Of a DNA stretch of 64,000 nt, positions 8,755 to 17,418 are shown piece by piece. The position numbers and the translations under genes were made by a program. Location of the stretch: assembly GCA_039811685.1 (NCBI GenBank), contig JBDHZC010000002.1, positions 645,651 through 709,650 of the forward strand, written 5' to 3'. How positions within the stretch are numbered: the stretch's first letter is position 1; every line of letters starts with the position of its first letter. The notes under the pieces were generated by a model that was not told the DNA's origin, made no database searches, and was given only the letters and a program-made list of their open reading frames with translations. Source of the DNA: Armatimonadota bacterium (GTDB lineage Bacteria > Armatimonadota > UBA5829 > DSUL01).

Positions 8755-10734
8755 TCAAGGAGCCGCTAGCGTTTTTTCCTCTGCGGGCGGTGCGTTGGGG
8801 TCCTCAGATTTGTTTTTCTTCTGCAGGTCATCACCCATCTTCCGCATCCTCTCCCGCATTCTCTTCATCTGCGCGGCGTCTGGCAGCATGACAGCCACCT
8901 GGAAGGTGCGGGGCTTGTCGTCGGTGGTAGTGAGCACTGAGCACTCAAAGCGAACGATTGCGGGTTGCTGGGCGGGCTCGTCCGGCCAGGTTTTGTCCTT
9001 GACGATCCTTACGAAGCCGTCGGCGATCTCAACCCCTCCCAACCGCTCGATCATAAGGTCGGCAAGGCGCTGATACTGGCCGTCATTCAGGTCGGCGAAT
9101 GTCAGGCCGCGCTCACCGGACAGGGCTTTTTTCTGCTGAGGTGTCAACGCCCCGTAGAGGCGCAGGAGATCACCAGGTCCGCCCATTTCAGAACTGAGAT
9201 TTCCGGCCATAAACACAAAGTCCGGGTCAGCCATGAGCGTACGGTGTATCTGGCCGTCGGACAGCTCTGCCGCCATGTCAGCAAGCTCATCCAGCGTCAG
9301 CGAGCCATTCGTCTGGATCTTGTTGCGGTAGTACTCCAGCCAGCTTTCCCGAATCTCACAGGATCGCCTCACGCTCCAGTCTTCGGGGCGCAGCGTCAGT
9401 GTGTCGCCCTTCAGATCCCACTCATATCCAGCTTTCTCAAACGCAATTACCATCTTCGCGAGCGCCTGCTTGCCCGGCGAAATGAAGGCGCCCGGAAGCA
9501 TCATCCTCAGGTAAGACTCAAGAATCACCGGACCACCCGTGGCTTTAGCCAAAAGATCGAGCGTCTTTTTTTCGTCCGAGTGGTCGACATCCAGGCTCAT
9601 TTCCTGAATTCCCGGCATCTTTTTGACCTCCACCTCTTTGAGCAGCGGCCCGGCCACCGGGGGAGCGTCTTCAGTCGGCGACTTGTGCGCAAGCAGGGAC
9701 TGTACAGCGCCGGAATCTCTGAAATCCTCCATCAGCTTCTTTTGAGCGTCCTGCGGGGCCACACCGTCCTCCAGCATCCACATAAGGCGGCCAAAGAGAT
9801 GGCCCATCACTGTTCCTTCGCCGGTAATGGGGAGAATACCCATCGGCATTCCATCCGTCAGATCGCCAGCGCCTCCTGCGGGCCAATCGCTGGAACGTCC
9901 CATAATCATGATCATTCCGCCAAATCCCCAGCTGTGTTGCACGCCATCGGCGCTCTCCTGCAGCGGCATCACGGTGAGGCTAGAGGGTCGCATAGACTTC
10001 CATGGGTCGTGTTGCGGATTTTCGATCAGACCACGGAACATGCTTGTCTCAGTGGCCTGGCGAGCAGCTTCGCGCATCTGGACAGGCGCCTGATTCAGGT
10101 CTATGGTGGCGCGGCGGCCACGCAGAAGCAGGTCCTTCACGTCTGGATAGCTGGCAGTTATACCTTTCAGGAGCTGTGCGTACGCACGCCCGGTGGGCGT
10201 TGCGCCCAGGTACGAGAGCCACGGGTCCTTATCCCGCAGCTTGCGGGCGTCAGCCTCGGACATCGTCAGCGCCCGGTCAGAAAGCTCGAAAGCCGCCTGG
10301 CGCTGCTCACGGGTACGCTCGGCGTCCGCCGCCTTCTGAGCGGTGAGCATTTCGGCTTCCAGATCTCGCTGGTTTTTGTCCTGCCACCAGAGGTAGGTGA
10401 ACTGGCCGTCGCGCTTTCCGCGCGCAAGGCGGTAGTGGACGAGGTTGGAGATGTTATCCAGAAGATCGCCCAGGCGCACATCCTTCGCACGTACGCTGAT
10501 ATGGCGCTCGCGCACCCGCCAGTCACGCTCACTGCTGCCCGCCCGGATGGAGACCCCGGACTGCTTGCTGAGCAGCTCCGCAACGTCGGAGAGCTTCGCA
10601 TACGTGACGTCAAGAGACACTTTCTGGTCCAGTCGCGGATCAACGGCCTTTTCATCCGTCTGCTGGGCCAGCGCCGCTGTGGACAGCAGCAAAGCTGCAA
10701 CAACTGTCAGAGCAGGTACTCGCAGATATATCAC
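8755..10734 (-). CDS. Secreted hypothetical protein with an N-terminal STN/N0-like domain
   Basis: Signal peptide (..LLSTAALA-QQ), then DPRLDQKVSL..LSDVAELLSKQSGV; GTG start inferred. Confidence 0.75.
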   Translation of the reverse strand: MIYLRVPALTVVAALLLSTAALAQQTDEKAVDPRLDQKVSLDVTYAKLSDVAELLSKQSGVSIRAGSSERDWRVRERHISVRAKDVRLGDLLDNISNLVHYRLARGKRDGQFTYLWWQDKNQRDLEAEMLTAQKAADAERTREQRQAAFELSDRALTMSEADARKLRDKDPWLSYLGATPTGRAYAQLLKGITASYPDVKDLLLRGRRATIDLNQAPVQMREAARQATETSMFRGLIENPQHDPWKSMRPSSLTVMPLQESADGVQHSWGFGGMIMIMGRSSDWPAGGAGDLTDGMPMGILPITGEGTVMGHLFGRLMWMLEDGVAPQDAQKKLMEDFRDSGAVQSLLAHKSPTEDAPPVAGPLLKEVEVKKMPGIQEMSLDVDHSDEKKTLDLLAKATGGPVILESYLRMMLPGAFISPGKQALAKMVIAFEKAGYEWDLKGDTLTLRPEDWSVRRSCEIRESWLEYYRNKIQTNGSLTLDELADMAAELSDGQIHRTLMADPDFVFMAGNLSSEMGGPGDLLRLYGALTPQQKKALSGERGLTFADLNDGQYQRLADLMIERLGGVEIADGFVRIVKDKTWPDEPAQQPAIVRFECSVLTTTDDKPRTFQVAVMLPDAAQMKRMRERMRKMGDDLQKKNKSEDPNAPPAEEKTLAAP

Positions 10735-10857
10735 TCGATCCTCTTTTCCCGGCGCGCATGCGCAGTATAGCACCTGCTGAGTGCGCGGAAAAGAGATTTG
10801 GAGAGGAATGGTTCAAATTGAGCGCTGCTGAGACGCGTTATGTGGAGAAAAGAGGAG

Positions 10858-11121
10858 TCAGGCCAGAGGGCCGAGCGCGCGTGGGGCACGGCCAGGCTGA
10901 GATGCCTTCACTCTTGGAACGAATCCCTCGCGGGTTACTCTCGTGACGATACGATTGAGGCGCGACAGCACGTTCGCCGGTTCAGCATCCTCGTATGCGA
11001 GCGCGCGCAGAGTGTGCTTAACGAGCGCTGTCCTCGCAGCGGCGGGCCTCCGCGCTATTGACGAGATGGCGGAGGCGGACGCTGTCAGAGTTGTCATAGA
11101 AGAGGGGCAGTGGAAGAGCAA
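10858..11121 (-). pseudogene. Remnant of a SpoIIE/RsbU PP2C-type phosphatase
   Basis: TALVKHTLRALAYEDAEPANVLSRLNRIV matches the PP2C central helices; flanks are not PP2C-like and an FYD motif lies in another frame. Confidence 0.45.
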
Positions 11122-11254
11122 GGGCCTAGCCTCTGAGCTTCTGATGAGTACGCTCGTAGGACGCTAGCCCTTAGCAAGGCCTCCCTGCGATCCGGAGAAC
11201 TCAGGCCCCGAAACGGGCTCCGGGAGGAACACTACCCACCTCGAGTCTGAGATG

Positions 11255-12406
11255 TCAATACACCACGCCTTTCTCGTCCAGCCATTTTCGCAGCCGTTCA
11301 TCCGTATCTCCGTCCTCGAAACCATAGAAAACGTCGAGAAGGGCCATCTCTCCCTCCTCTTGCTTGAGCAGCCACTCCAAAACCGGGATGTCGTCTTTGT
11401 CTGCCGAGTTTGCGCCCCAGGCAACTTCCCGAAGCACCTCCGGATTGTTCGTACGGGCCACGACCCACTCCAGAACCGGGATGCCTCTCTTGCCAACCCG
11501 GCTTGCGCCATACGCAGCCTCCCGATAAACCTCCGGATCGTTCCTCTTTGCCACGATCCACTCCAGAACCGGAATGCCAGCCTTGCCTGACTTGCCCGCA
11601 CCCTTCGCAGCAGCTGGTAGCACATTCAAGTTGTTTGTCTTGGCGACAATCTGTTTAAGAACTGGGATGCCGGCCTTACCTGCCCTACCGGCGCTCGACG
11701 CCACCATCCTAAGCGCCTCCAGGTTGTTTGTTTTTGCGACAATCTGTTTAAAAACCGAGATCGAGAGACTAGCGACGGGTTGGTCGAGTGTACTCCACGC
11801 AGCGGTACGCAGGATCTGCGGATCGTTCGTTTGGGCGACGACCCACGCCAAAACCGCAATACCAGAAACGCCTGCTTTACTTGCGCCCAGCGCAGCCTGG
11901 TCAAGCACCTCTGGGTCGTTCGTCTTCGCGAATATCTCTTTCAGAAGCGGGACGCCAGCGTCGCCTGCCTTGCCAGCCTCGTAGGCCACCATTCGAAGCA
12001 CTTCTCCGTCATTCGTCTTTTCTACGATCCACGCTAGAACCGGCAAACCCCTCTTGCCAGCCCTGCCTGCGCCCCACACAGCATTTTGAAGCACCTCTAA
12101 GTCATTGGTATTTGCCATGACCCATGCCAAAACCGGGATGCCATCAGGGCCTGAGGAGCCTGCGTGCAGCGCAGCGTCCCGAAGCGCCTCCGGATCGTCT
12201 GTCTTTTTCACAACCTGCGCTAGAACTTGGATGCCAGCCGTGCCCATAGTAGCTGCGCGCTTCACAACGTCTTGAAGCACGCCATAATCATCGTAATCGT
12301 CCGTGTTTTCCACGATCTTCGCCATAAGTGCGGTGATGACCTCACACGCCTCACCGGCAGCTTCCGTTGCCGCACTAGGCGTGTCCGAAGCGACTCCCTT
12401 TTTCAT
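11255..12406 (-). CDS. HEAT-like alpha-helical repeat protein (about 10 repeats of 31 aa)
   Basis: Consensus GIPVLxWIVAKTNDPEVLRxAAxGAGxAGKx; ATG 12406 preferred over the track start at 12445, which abuts the tRNA. Confidence 0.8.
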   Translation of the reverse strand: MKKGVASDTPSAATEAAGEACEVITALMAKIVENTDDYDDYGVLQDVVKRAATMGTAGIQVLAQVVKKTDDPEALRDAALHAGSSGPDGIPVLAWVMANTNDLEVLQNAVWGAGRAGKRGLPVLAWIVEKTNDGEVLRMVAYEAGKAGDAGVPLLKEIFAKTNDPEVLDQAALGASKAGVSGIAVLAWVVAQTNDPQILRTAAWSTLDQPVASLSISVFKQIVAKTNNLEALRMVASSAGRAGKAGIPVLKQIVAKTNNLNVLPAAAKGAGKSGKAGIPVLEWIVAKRNDPEVYREAAYGASRVGKRGIPVLEWVVARTNNPEVLREVAWGANSADKDDIPVLEWLLKQEEGEMALLDVFYGFEDGDTDERLRKWLDEKGVVY

Positions 12407-12446
12407 AATTCTCTCCGGAACCAGGACAGCTTTCTTGCGATACAAT

Positions 12447-12523
<77 letters not shown>

Positions 12524-12662
12524 TCGCCTTAATCTTTTATATTACTGCATTCTGGGGCAGCGTCAAGAGCTATGTGTAGATGGACGGGTTTGCGTGCATT
12601 GATGTTTTCTTCTCCTCGATCTCGCCTCAAGCTGCATTGCCATTAGTGTGCCTCCCTATGCG

Positions 12663-13355
12663 CTAATAAGAAAAGCTGTCCACTTTCCATTTCCGGGTCC
12701 AGTTGTCTCGGTGCACGACCATCCTGAAGTTCGTCGTTGCATGCCCGCCGAATCTGTTTTCTATCCACGCTTCGCCCGTGACCTGAAGGCTTTTGCTGCT
12801 AAGCGCTTTGTAGCGCGTGCGGCCGATCCCACCAAATGTGGCGCCGCGGCCAAACCTTGCCGCTGGCAAGTTTTTCATGCGCTCCGCCACAAGTGCTTCG
12901 CATTCGTGAGGATAGAGGTAATCGCTGTCGTTGAGGTTCTGGACGTAAGCGATACGGTCGTCATCTGACACGCGCATGGCAGATCCAGTGGCGTCCATCG
13001 GAACCTCCACGTCTTTGCCGTCAACCTTGAAGATTTGCACAAGTCCGTGCAATCCCTGACGTATGGCGATCAACTCCGGTTCGGCCTTTGTGGCTTCCGC
13101 TTTCGGCGGTTTCTCCGAACCTCTCAACTCTTTGGCTTTGGCCAGCATCTTGCGTGTGTGCTCGCTCGAAGGCTTGAGCTTCAGCGTCAGCTCCCACTCT
13201 TCGATAGCGGCGGCGTAGTCTTTGGCCTGGAAGGCTTTCTCGCCTGCGAGGTAGTGCTGGCGAGCGCCAGCCTCATCCACCGGCGCTGTGGCCTCCTGGG
13301 CAAAGCCAGGCGCGCCGAGTAGCAACAACACTGTTACACAAAACAACGCTCTCAT
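12663..13355 (-). CDS. Secreted TPR-containing hypothetical protein
   Basis: Signal peptide; single TPR (HYLAGEKAFQAKDYAAAIEEWELTLKLKP); unknown C-terminal domain. Confidence 0.75.
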   Translation of the reverse strand: MRALFCVTVLLLLGAPGFAQEATAPVDEAGARQHYLAGEKAFQAKDYAAAIEEWELTLKLKPSSEHTRKMLAKAKELRGSEKPPKAEATKAEPELIAIRQGLHGLVQIFKVDGKDVEVPMDATGSAMRVSDDDRIAYVQNLNDSDYLYPHECEALVAERMKNLPAARFGRGATFGGIGRTRYKALSSKSLQVTGEAWIENRFGGHATTNFRMVVHRDNWTRKWKVDSFSY

Positions 13356-13775
13356 GACCTCTCCTCTTCGCCGCATTCTGGGCGGCGATCCTCTTAGACG
13401 ATCTCCGGCTTGAGCAGTCTCACGCCTGTAAGGCGTTCATACAAACGCACAATGGCGAGCCTGCCTTCGTGATTCATCACGCCGCCGTCGGTAGATACAA
13501 AGCGCACAGGCGCGCTGACCAGTGGCTTTTGTAGCTGGCGCACCCAGTTGCGTAGCAGACTATTGTTACCATTCCAAAGATGGCAACCGTAATGGTGACT
13601 CACTTGAGCCTTCCGCAGAAAACTCGACACACCTCGCGAAAACGGTTCACCTCTATATGGCCTGTGTATTCAATGATACCACGTCTCAATCCTCACCACC
13701 AAAGAGGCGATGCAAAGTGCCAGTTTTTGCATCCTACTGAGCCCAGCACAGCCGCTCGCTTAATTTATCAGCGGC

Positions 13776-14735
13776 TCATGGGCATGCGTCGTAGCGGGTG
13801 GCTAATCGGCTGGCGTGGGCTTTCATCCACTCCCGGAACTCAAGGGGGTTCAGGACTTCCGCCGCGCCGCCGAAGCTGAGCGTCCACCAGCCGATCTCGG
13901 CAAAGCCGGCCACCTCTGCAGTGAAGATGACCGAACCATCGTCACGCTGGTGCGTCTCCTGGGTGGGGTGGCGCTGGGTCTCCATCACCAGACGGGCGAC
14001 TTCAGCGTCAAAGAGAATCTCCACGCGCACGGGTTCGCCGGTCAGCACTTCCCAGCTTGACTCGTAGAAGGCATCCACCGAGAAGCTCTCCGGCCGCTGG
14101 AAGGTGCGCTGAGTCTCGCGGGCTGAGGTGATGCGCCCGGCTTTGAGCTGAATAACCATCCTGCGCTCATGGCAGAGGCCAATGAGATACCAGGTGTGGC
14201 GGCGGTACACAAGCGCGTAAGGGTCAAAGTCGCGCGGGCGGGGCTTTTGAGACTGGAGGGAGCGGTAGTTGAGCGCAAGGGTTTTCTGCTGGATCACGGC
14301 AGACTCCAGAAGCGACAGCAGGGCTTCGCTGATACTCTGGGTCTCGTGTCCGGTGGCGCTCCAGGTGACGCGTCCCGCAACAGCCTGGCTCAGCTTGAAG
14401 GACGCCTCGGACATGGCGGCTTCCACCTTGCGCAGGGCGCTGGTGGCGTGTCTGTTGAGCGGCTCGGTGCGGCGGATCGGACCTGCGCTGAGCGCCAGGC
14501 GCAAGGCAATGGCCTCTTCTTCGCTGAAGTTGATGGGAGCGAGCCTCGGGCGTCCCGCGACCTTGTAGCCGTCTTCAAAATAGACCGGCACAGACAGATC
14601 CAGCGAGAGCGCCTGAAGGTAGCGGTAGATTGTGCGTTCGGAGCGTCCCAGCTCACGCGCCAAGTCCCCGGCGTTCAGCGTTGGGTCGCTCTTCAGCAGA
14701 TCCAGCAACTGCAACAGCAGAACAGATTTACTCAT
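13776..14735 (-). CDS. HTH-WYL-WCX transcriptional regulator (YafY/PafBC family)
   Basis: LARELGRSERTIYRY HTH; YRS...PRDFDPYALVYRRHTWYLIG WYL domain; WTLSFGGAAEVLNP WCX domain. Confidence 0.93.
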   Translation of the reverse strand: MSKSVLLLQLLDLLKSDPTLNAGDLARELGRSERTIYRYLQALSLDLSVPVYFEDGYKVAGRPRLAPINFSEEEAIALRLALSAGPIRRTEPLNRHATSALRKVEAAMSEASFKLSQAVAGRVTWSATGHETQSISEALLSLLESAVIQQKTLALNYRSLQSQKPRPRDFDPYALVYRRHTWYLIGLCHERRMVIQLKAGRITSARETQRTFQRPESFSVDAFYESSWEVLTGEPVRVEILFDAEVARLVMETQRHPTQETHQRDDGSVIFTAEVAGFAEIGWWTLSFGGAAEVLNPLEFREWMKAHASRLATRYDACP

Positions 14736-15040
14736 TGATCTCAATCTCCGTCAGTTTTCGTCTCAACAGGAAAGCCTCTCGCGGAACAAGTTGATGGGAG
14801 CGTCTTTGAAGGACTGCGCCGCCGCAGTTTTCCTGAAAAAGCGCCCACCTTTTATTGCCATGGATGGCGCCGGAAAGAGCACGACAGCAGCCCTTGTCAG
14901 GGTCACCAACGCTGTGCCTGCTCCGGTCGTCTCGGATATTGCGAACCCCTGTCCGCCACAAAACGATGGAAAGCATCCACAGTTTGACCTGCGGGTGTGG
15001 AACCATTTTAACAGCGGCGAACAGGGAAAGGAGACATGGA

Positions 15041-15298
15041 ATGTCGTCTGTCGGAGTTCCTGTTGTTCACGAGGAACGGTCTATCAAGCTCACGAAGCGC
15101 GAGGTAGAAGTTCTGACGCTGGTAATTGAGGGGAAATCCAGCAAAGACATCGCAGACGCCCTGTACGTAAGCAAAAGGACGGTGGACTTCCATCTGGCGA
15201 ACATCTACGAGAAGCTCCAGGTTTCAAACCGGGTCCAGGCCTTCCGGCGAGCCACTCGCCTCGGGCTGATTCCGATTGAGACTGTACTGGCCGGCTGA
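15041..15298 (+). CDS. Stand-alone LuxR/GerE-type HTH regulator
   Basis: LTKREVEVL...GKSSKDIADALYVSKRTVDFHLANIYEKLQV; AAGGAG RBS before ATG 15041. Confidence 0.9.
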   Translation: MSSVGVPVVHEERSIKLTKREVEVLTLVIEGKSSKDIADALYVSKRTVDFHLANIYEKLQVSNRVQAFRRATRLGLIPIETVLAG

Positions 15299-15459
15299 TC
15301 GGATGACAGACCAGCGAAGCGTCCGGCGTGTCCTCAACTCGCCAGGCGCGTACTGGTCCGCCCTACAGAGATAACCACCTCTGGCATCTTCCTCAGGAGC
15401 CAGGCAGGTCCGCAAAGAGAAGAGCCAGACGATCCTTTATAACACGTAAGTTGCGTTGC

Positions 15460-15493
15460 AAGCCGTACCCGGTCCGGGTGCGGCTTTTTCTTT
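15460..15493 (+). terminator. Intrinsic terminator
   Basis: AAGCCGTACCCGG-T-CCGGGTGCGGCTT followed by a T-rich tail. Confidence 0.75.
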
Positions 15494-15525
15494 GCGCCGG
15501 CCACGGTGAGCGGGCGGGCGCGTGT

Positions 15526-15555
15526 TTGACATGGCTCTTTGCGCTTAGCTATAGT
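15526..15555 (+). promoter_or_regulatory. Sigma70-type promoter for the Lrp gene
   Basis: TTGACA-18 nt-TATAGT. Confidence 0.65.
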
Positions 15556-15600
15556 GAGACAGCTTACGACCCTGGAACCAGCATGCGAAAGTAGCTCACT

Positions 15601-16089
15601 TTGAACGACCTGCACGACATTCTCAAAATCCTGGAAAAGGACGGGCGAATAACCTCCTCCCAGATAGCCGATATGCTCCAGAAGCCTCTGGAGGACGTGG
15701 AAAGGGTTATCGCGGGAGCGGAGGCTTCAGGAGTCATCCGGCGCTACAAGGCTGTGGTGGACTGGGAGAAGGCCGGCGACCACAGAGTTGCGGCTTTTAT
15801 TGACGTGAAGGTGACCCCGACTCGCGGCGTTGGCTTTGACGACGTGGCGGAGCGCATCTACAACTTTCGCGAAGTTGTCAGCGTCTATCTGGTGAGCGGA
15901 GAATACGATCTGCGCGTTGTGGTGGAAGGCTCTACGATGCAGGAGGTCGCGAACTTCGTGTCTCAGAAGCTGGCGACTGTTGACCGCGTTCAATCCACGG
16001 CGTCTCACTTTGTTTTGAAGAGATACAAAGAGGACCGAGAGATATTCGCCGACGCGCCACCCGACCATCGGCTGGCCGTGACGCCTTAG
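15601..16089 (+). CDS. Lrp/AsnC-family regulator (YugG-like)
   Basis: N-terminal HTH; VYLVSGEYDL; ASHFVLKRYK; TTG start. Confidence 0.92.
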   Translation: MNDLHDILKILEKDGRITSSQIADMLQKPLEDVERVIAGAEASGVIRRYKAVVDWEKAGDHRVAAFIDVKVTPTRGVGFDDVAERIYNFREVVSVYLVSGEYDLRVVVEGSTMQEVANFVSQKLATVDRVQSTASHFVLKRYKEDREIFADAPPDHRLAVTP

Positions 16090-16242
16090 GCCAGAGGTGA
16101 GCCGCATCTGCCGGCGAAGCTCTGCTCCTGGTGTAGGCGCGGCGGGGGTTTCCGGCGGCCTGCACGGCGCTGGCGCACCCGAGATGCGGTATCCACCGGC
16201 TTCCTGGCCTCGTCTCCCCGAAAAGAACAGACATCTACTCCT

Positions 16243-17418
16243 ATGACTTCTATCTCAAAAAACGTGCAGTCCGTGTCCGCCTCTGGCATTCGCAAGTTTT
16301 TCGATATTGTCGCTGAGATGAAGGACGTCATCTCGCTGGGCGTGGGGGAGCCGGACTTCGTCACGCCGTGGCGCATGCGCGAGGCGTGCATCTACTCTCT
16401 GGAGCAGGGCCGGACCAACTACACCTCCAACTGGGGCCTGCTGGAGCTGCGCCAGCTCATCGCGCAGCACCTGCAGAATCTGTACAAGGTCAGCTACACG
16501 CCCGAGAATGAGATTCTGGTGACGGTCGGCGTTTCGGAGGCGCTGGATCTGGCATTGCGGGCGATTGTGGACCCTGGCGATGAAGTCATCCTCTTTGAGC
16601 CGTGCTATGTGTCCTATGCGCCGTGTGTCACTTTCGCCGGAGGTGTTCCGGTGACGGTCGAAACTTCGGCTGAGACCGGGTTTGTCCCGAGTCTGGAGGC
16701 GGTTAGGAAGGCGATTACGCCGCGCACCAAGGCCATTATGCTCTCCTATCCGTCCAACCCGACCGGCGCCACAGCCGACCGCAAATCACTTCAGGATATT
16801 GTCAATCTGGCGCGCGAAGCAGACATCTTTATCATCTCGGATGAGATTTACGACCGCCTGACGTACGTAGGAGAGCACGTGTGCGTATCTTCTCTGGAAG
16901 GCGCCAGAGAGCGGACGATCCTGTTGAACGGCTTTTCCAAAGCGTACGCGATGACTGGCTGGCGCATCGGGTATGCGTGCGCGCCGCCGGAAGTGGCGGA
17001 ATCTATGATGAAGATTCACCAGTACGTGGCGCTGTGCGCTCCCATTACAGCGCAGGAGACGGCCATTGAGGCCCTGAGTGCGGGTGAGCAGAGCGTGCAG
17101 GATATGCGCGCGGAGTACAACATGCGCCGCAGGCTGATTGTGAAACGCTTTAACGACTGCGGGCTGAGCTGTTCGGAGCCGCGCGGCGCCTTTTACGCCT
17201 TTCCATCCGTCAAAAAGACCGGACTGTCCTCGGAGGAGTTTTCCGAGCGCCTGCTCCACAGCAAGCACGTGGTGGTTGTTCCGGGCAACGCCTTCGGCGC
17301 GTCTGGAGAGGGCTACGTGCGGGCGGCCTATGCGACAAGTTTTGAGAAGATAGAGGAAGCCATGCAGCGCATTGGAGAATTTGTAGAGAGCTTGCCTCAA
17401 GCTGTCGGCGCACTATGA
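16243..17418 (+). CDS. PLP-dependent aminotransferase class I/II (YugH-like)
   Basis: SLGVGEPDF, PSNPTG, SDEIY, NGFSKAYAMTGWRIGY. Confidence 0.95.
   Translation: MTSISKNVQSVSASGIRKFFDIVAEMKDVISLGVGEPDFVTPWRMREACIYSLEQGRTNYTSNWGLLELRQLIAQHLQNLYKVSYTPENEILVTVGVSEALDLALRAIVDPGDEVILFEPCYVSYAPCVTFAGGVPVTVETSAETGFVPSLEAVRKAITPRTKAIMLSYPSNPTGATADRKSLQDIVNLAREADIFIISDEIYDRLTYVGEHVCVSSLEGARERTILLNGFSKAYAMTGWRIGYACAPPEVAESMMKIHQYVALCAPITAQETAIEALSAGEQSVQDMRAEYNMRRRLIVKRFNDCGLSCSEPRGAFYAFPSVKKTGLSSEEFSERLLHSKHVVVVPGNAFGASGEGYVRAAYATSFEKIEEAMQRIGEFVESLPQAVGAL

Noticed and set aside
8965..10770. 601-aa plus-strand ORF
   Set aside because: Antisense shadow of the signal-peptide-bearing minus-strand gene; no recognisable motifs; common in GC-rich DNA
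13394..13630. 78-aa minus-strand ORF
   Set aside because: No supporting motif; cannot be distinguished from chance
14855..15040. N-terminal extension of the LuxR ORF
   Set aside because: A strong RBS precedes ATG 15041; the extension covers the divergent promoter region
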